NCBI GenBank assembly: GCA_964588985.1
Contig: CAZPQW010000004.1
Location: 64,001-128,000, forward strand
From: an uncultured Solirubrobacteraceae bacterium
GTDB taxonomy: Bacteria > Actinomycetota > Thermoleophilia > Solirubrobacterales > Solirubrobacteraceae
Length of the DNA stretch: 64,000 nucleotides
Direction of reading: 5' to 3'
The position numbers and the translations under genes are program-made. Each line of letters begins with the position of its first letter. The stretch's first letter is position 1. Positions 60,499 to 64,000 of this stretch are shown here, in pieces. The notes beneath the pieces are model-generated. The model did no database searches. It was not told where the DNA came from and worked only from the letters and a program-made list of their open reading frames with translations.

Positions 60499-61044
60499 AT
60501 GAGACGAATTCTGGCGCGACTGGTCGCTGTTGCGGCTGCGCTCTCGTCGATCGGGACGGCCGGCATCATGGCCGCGCCGGCGAGCGCTGCTGGCACGGCA
60601 TGCACGGGCAACTCGGGGGCGGTTACGTTCTCCCCGGGGCTCACGGGTACGGCGAAGGTGCAGAACATCGTGATCAAGGGAAGCTTCACCGGCTGCACAG
60701 GCTCGACGGTGAACTCGGCGACATACGTGGCGAAACTCAAGTCTGCGCACGCGGCGACCTGCGCGACGCTGGCCGTGGCAGGGGAAACGGCGTCCGGGTC
60801 ATTCGTGGTGAAGTGGTCGCCAAAGGGTCAGGGCAACTCGCACGGCACGCTCACGTTGACGGAGACGGGCGGAACCGGGGCAAGCGCGGCGGGCACGATC
60901 AGCGAAGGCCTGTTCTCGGGGCTGGGCGTCTCCGGATCGGCAGAAGCGCTCACGCCGATCTTCACCGGCACCGGCGAACCGTGCACCAAGAAGAACCCGC
61001 TCAAGAAAGCAACGTTTACGAGCTCGGGCATCGCGATCTCCTGA
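60499..61044 (+). CDS. Secreted beta-rich hypothetical protein
   Basis: AAGGAG RBS, signal peptide ending ASA, CTGNSGAVTFSPGLT, 4 Cys. Confidence 0.75.
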   Translation: MRRILARLVAVAAALSSIGTAGIMAAPASAAGTACTGNSGAVTFSPGLTGTAKVQNIVIKGSFTGCTGSTVNSATYVAKLKSAHAATCATLAVAGETASGSFVVKWSPKGQGNSHGTLTLTETGGTGASAAGTISEGLFSGLGVSGSAEALTPIFTGTGEPCTKKNPLKKATFTSSGIAIS

Positions 61045-61064
61045 AGCTCTGCTGACTGCGCGAG

Positions 61065-61556
61065 ATGGTGGCCCTGGACCCCACTCCTGGGGCCGCCATC
61101 TCGCGCGGATGTGGCGGTGAGCACCTGAAGACGGGACAATGCGGGGCAGTGGACGGTCATCGCCAGCGCAACATCGACGCCCACCGCTCGGTGGTCGAGG
61201 CGGTCAACGCACGTGAGGTCCCCGAGGCGCTGCTGGCGCCCGGCTTCTCGATGGAGAACCGTCTCAGCGCGGTGACCGACTACGACTACCACGGCGCGAC
61301 CGGATTCGCCGACTGGATGAGCGACTTGTTCGAAGTGTTCGCGGAGGGTGCACTCTACGAGGTCGAGGAGGTACTCGCCGCAGGCGAGGACTACGTGGCG
61401 GCGATGTTCTGTGTCGCTGGTCGAGGCGCCCGCTCGCGGCTGCCGCTCGAGTTCCGCTGGGCGGGCGTGACGTGGTTTCGCGGCGGTCTCGCCACGAAGG
61501 CGGTCGGCTACAGCTCGCGCGAGGAGGCGCTGAAAGCGGTCGACCTGAAGCCTTGA
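61065..61556 (+). CDS. SnoaL/NTF2-like protein
   Basis: VVEAVNAR..YHGATGFADW..EVEEVL..TWFRGG..YSSREEALKAV; start uncertain. Confidence 0.7.
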   Translation: MVALDPTPGAAISRGCGGEHLKTGQCGAVDGHRQRNIDAHRSVVEAVNAREVPEALLAPGFSMENRLSAVTDYDYHGATGFADWMSDLFEVFAEGALYEVEEVLAAGEDYVAAMFCVAGRGARSRLPLEFRWAGVTWFRGGLATKAVGYSSREEALKAVDLKP

Positions 61557-61607
61557 GTCGCGCGCTACGACCTTCGTCCAGAGCGCTTTCAAAGGCTAAC
61601 GGCAAGC

Positions 61608-61635
61608 GTTTCGATGGGTCGAATCATCGGGGTAG
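61608..61635 (+). promoter_or_regulatory. SigB/SigF-type promoter
   Basis: GTTT-N18-GGGTAG upstream of the STAS gene. Confidence 0.5.
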
Positions 61636-61657
61636 AAACCCCCTGGAAGGAGACGCG

Positions 61658-62023
61658 ATGTCGTCGTTCTACATCACCGAGGACGTGCAGGCCGACGGCC
61701 TCGCCGTACTTGCGGTCAGCGGAGAGATCGACTTCGAGGTGAGCCCGCGGTTGAGGGCCTCCATCGACCGCCACGTCAAGGCCGGGCACGGTCGCCTGAT
61801 GCTCGACCTCTCAGAGGCGAGCTTCATCGACTCCACCGCGATCGGCGTGATCGCCGGGTGCGCCACGAGCCTGCGCAGGTCGGGGGAGGGGCTGATGGTG
61901 ATCGTCTGTCCGGTGGAGAACCGCAAGATCATGCGGATCTTCGAGATCGCGGGGTTGGAGCGCGCCGTCGACGTTCACCCGTCTCGCGAGGATGCGCTGG
62001 CCGATCTCGCCGCCGCCGCGTGA
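61658..62023 (+). CDS. STAS anti-anti-sigma factor (RsbV-like)
   Basis: VSGEIDF, LDLSEASFIDSTAIG, RIFEIAGL; AAGGAG RBS. Confidence 0.9.
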   Translation: MSSFYITEDVQADGLAVLAVSGEIDFEVSPRLRASIDRHVKAGHGRLMLDLSEASFIDSTAIGVIAGCATSLRRSGEGLMVIVCPVENRKIMRIFEIAGLERAVDVHPSREDALADLAAAA

Positions 62024-62024
62024 C

Positions 62025-62432
62025 ATGACCGCTCAGGCCGAGTTGAGCCTCGCTTCGGAGCTGCGCCTGCGCGCCACCGCATACGATCTCGCCGGCGCAC
62101 GCGACTACGCGGCTGCGGCCGCGGCCGCCTTCGGGTTGAGTCCCGACGACGGCTACGACTTCGTGTACGCCGTCAACGAGGCGGTGACCAACGCGATCCG
62201 CCACGGCTCGCCCGACGAGCACGGGCAGATCGTGTTGAGCGTCGGCGCCGTCGGCGAGCGGCTGGTGTTCTCCGTGCGCGACTACGGGACGTTCGCGATG
62301 CCCGCCTCCGCGTCCGCCTCGGACCTCGAGGGCGGCCGTGGTTTCGCCCTGATGGAGCAACTGGTCGACGACGTGCAGGTGCAGGCCGACGGCGATGGCA
62401 CAACCGTGACCCTGTCGAAGGCTCGTATGTGA
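62025..62432 (+). CDS. Anti-sigma factor/kinase (RsbW-like HATPase_c)
   Basis: AVNEAVTNAIRHG, VRDYG, GGRGFALM..LVD, GTTV. Confidence 0.88.
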   Translation: MTAQAELSLASELRLRATAYDLAGARDYAAAAAAAFGLSPDDGYDFVYAVNEAVTNAIRHGSPDEHGQIVLSVGAVGERLVFSVRDYGTFAMPASASASDLEGGRGFALMEQLVDDVQVQADGDGTTVTLSKARM

Positions 62433-62463
62433 TCATGTGGGCGCACGGACTCATACGGAGGGG

Positions 62464-64000
62464 GTGAGGGTTGGTTTGATCTGCCACCGAAAGTCCAGAG
62501 GCCAACATCCCACACGGCGGGTGACGTGGCGTTCGCTCTGCCTCGTGTGCGCCGTCGTCGTCGCGCCCTCGCCCGTCGCCGCCACAGCCGCGACTCTGAA
62601 TCTGTCGTTGTTGGGCTCATCCTCGAACGGGCAGCACTCATCGCTCCTCGGGATCGCAGTCTCGCCCAATCTGACGGTGGAACTGCCGGCGGTGAAAGTC
62701 GAACTGCCGTTGCTGCCGAAGGTCGAAGCCACGCTGCCGAAGGTGGAAGTGCCTCTGCCCAAGGTCGAAGTGACCCCCTCGCAGCAGCCCGAAACGCCAT
62801 CCGCTCCGACGAGCAGCACGCCGGCGCCTGCGCCGACGAGCCCCTCTGCTCCCGCGGGCGAAACGCCGTCGAGCGCTGGGGGCGGCACGTCCACCGCCCC
62901 GACAGCAGGCGCGAGCACGGCGACGATCGCATCGGTCCGCGCTTCGGGCAATGCTCCAGCCACCGCCGCGAGCGCCGAACAGATTCGCTCGCGAGCACCG
63001 CATCGGCACCATCAGACAAATCCGCAGAAGCCGGTGGGACGCAGCGGCCCCCCTCGTCTGCTCGCTGTGAGCTACCCGACCGCGCCGGTGCCCGCCGCAA
63101 GCGCCTCAGGCACCACAGGAGCGGCTCGTGCGCACGCGACAGCCGCTGCGAATCCGCTCGATGCGCTCGGCAGGCACCTACCGATTCCGCTGCCCGTGCC
63201 GGACTGGAGCAAGCCGATCATCCTTCTGCTGTTGCTCGCGGCGCTGTGGTTCGGCGCGCGCTCTCGTCTGGCCGTCCGCCGCGCGCACCGCCTCGAGGGG
63301 CAGCGCGACCTGCTCCTGCAGGATCTCGGAGTGATGCAGACGACGCTCGTGCCGGTGATCCCGCGCCGGGTCGGCGAGTTGGCGGTGTCGGTGGCGTACC
63401 GTCCGGCCGACGGTCCGGCGGCGGGCGGCGACTTCTACGACGTGTTCGAGCTCGAGAGCGGCAGGGTGGCGGTGATCCTGGGGGACGTGGCCGGCCACGG
63501 CCACGAGGCGCTCACGCAGGCGGCGCTGACGCGCTACACGCTGCGCGCCTACCTCCAGGCCGGCCTGGAGCCGCGCGCGGCGCTAGCGCTCGCTGGAAGC
63601 GTGCTCGCGGATGCCTCGGCGGCGCACTTCGCGACCGTGGCGGTCGGGATCTACGACGGCTCCCGCGGCACGCTCGTCCACGCGAGCGCCGGACATCCGC
63701 CGCCGATCCTGACGGGCTTCGACGCGCCCGAGCCGCTCACGGTGTGCTGCTCTCCGCCGGTCGGGTGGGACGTGCCGACCGGCCGTCGCCAGACGACGCT
63801 CTCGCTGCCCGCGGGCGCTGGGGTGTGCTTCTTCAGCGACGGCCTGATCGAGGCTCGCACGAAGGACGGTCTGCTCGGCCGCGATCGCCTGACGGGCATG
63901 CTCGCCGAGCTCGGCGCGCGTCCGACCTCGGCCGAGCTGCTCGAGCGGGTGCAGGCGGGAGCCGAGTCCACGCCCGACGACATGGTGGCCTGCATCCTCG
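62464..64000 (+). CDS. Membrane-bound PP2C/SpoIIE phosphatase (3'-partial; not in ORF track)
   Basis: Open frame to window end: signal-like segment, LPKVE repeats, Pro/Ser/Thr linker, TM, then AGGDFYD, LGDVAGHG, SAGHPPP, FSDGLIE, DDM; start uncertain. Confidence 0.85.
   Translation, partial: MRVGLICHRKSRGQHPTRRVTWRSLCLVCAVVVAPSPVAATAATLNLSLLGSSSNGQHSSLLGIAVSPNLTVELPAVKVELPLLPKVEATLPKVEVPLPKVEVTPSQQPETPSAPTSSTPAPAPTSPSAPAGETPSSAGGGTSTAPTAGASTATIASVRASGNAPATAASAEQIRSRAPHRHHQTNPQKPVGRSGPPRLLAVSYPTAPVPAASASGTTGAARAHATAAANPLDALGRHLPIPLPVPDWSKPIILLLLLAALWFGARSRLAVRRAHRLEGQRDLLLQDLGVMQTTLVPVIPRRVGELAVSVAYRPADGPAAGGDFYDVFELESGRVAVILGDVAGHGHEALTQAALTRYTLRAYLQAGLEPRAALALAGSVLADASAAHFATVAVGIYDGSRGTLVHASAGHPPPILTGFDAPEPLTVCCSPPVGWDVPTGRRQTTLSLPAGAGVCFFSDGLIEARTKDGLLGRDRLTGMLAELGARPTSAELLERVQAGAESTPDDMVACIL

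Noticed and set aside
39396-64000. Intact prophage or ICE at tRNA-Gly
   Set aside because: No integrase, structural, replication or conjugation genes and no attR duplicate seen; only remnants reported.

Overview
High-GC DNA whose gene content and style (MCE operon, uvrC-rapZ-gap-pgk-tpiA-gpmI, Gram-positive LexA box, TetR-wHTH fusion, many leaderless TANNNT promoters) point to an actinobacterium, probably Thermoleophilia/Solirubrobacterales; this assignment is inference. Left to right: the end of an MCE/Mla lipid transport operon; a lower-GC accessory cassette (XRE, TetR-wHTH, structured leader, small Cys-containing secreted protein, lipoprotein, vapBC); a LexA-boxed imuB/small ORF/dnaE2 cassette lacking imuA; redox and lipid housekeeping genes; uvrC-rapZ and the glycolytic operon; a phosphoesterase-lipoprotein-Ser/Thr kinase operon; argS; ccmH/tlpA; tRNA-Gly(CCC). 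The region after the tRNA looks accessory: att-like repeats, an unlisted HNH gene remnant, a CarH/LitR B12 photoreceptor with matching operators on both sides, an XRE pair, a fibre-like adhesin, a partly decayed USP/protease/ADH block, an MMPL with long repeats, a membrane-anchored ECF sigma and a partner-switching module. Strongest novelty candidates: a ~120-nt structured RNA with its own promoter at 47211-47330, the leader/secreted protein/lipoprotein cassette at 5219-6475, the CarH-XRE-adhesin circuit, and an apparent ATC-initiated leaderless gene. No CRISPR array, rRNA, intact integrase or transposase was seen. All calls come from reading motifs by eye; no database search was run.
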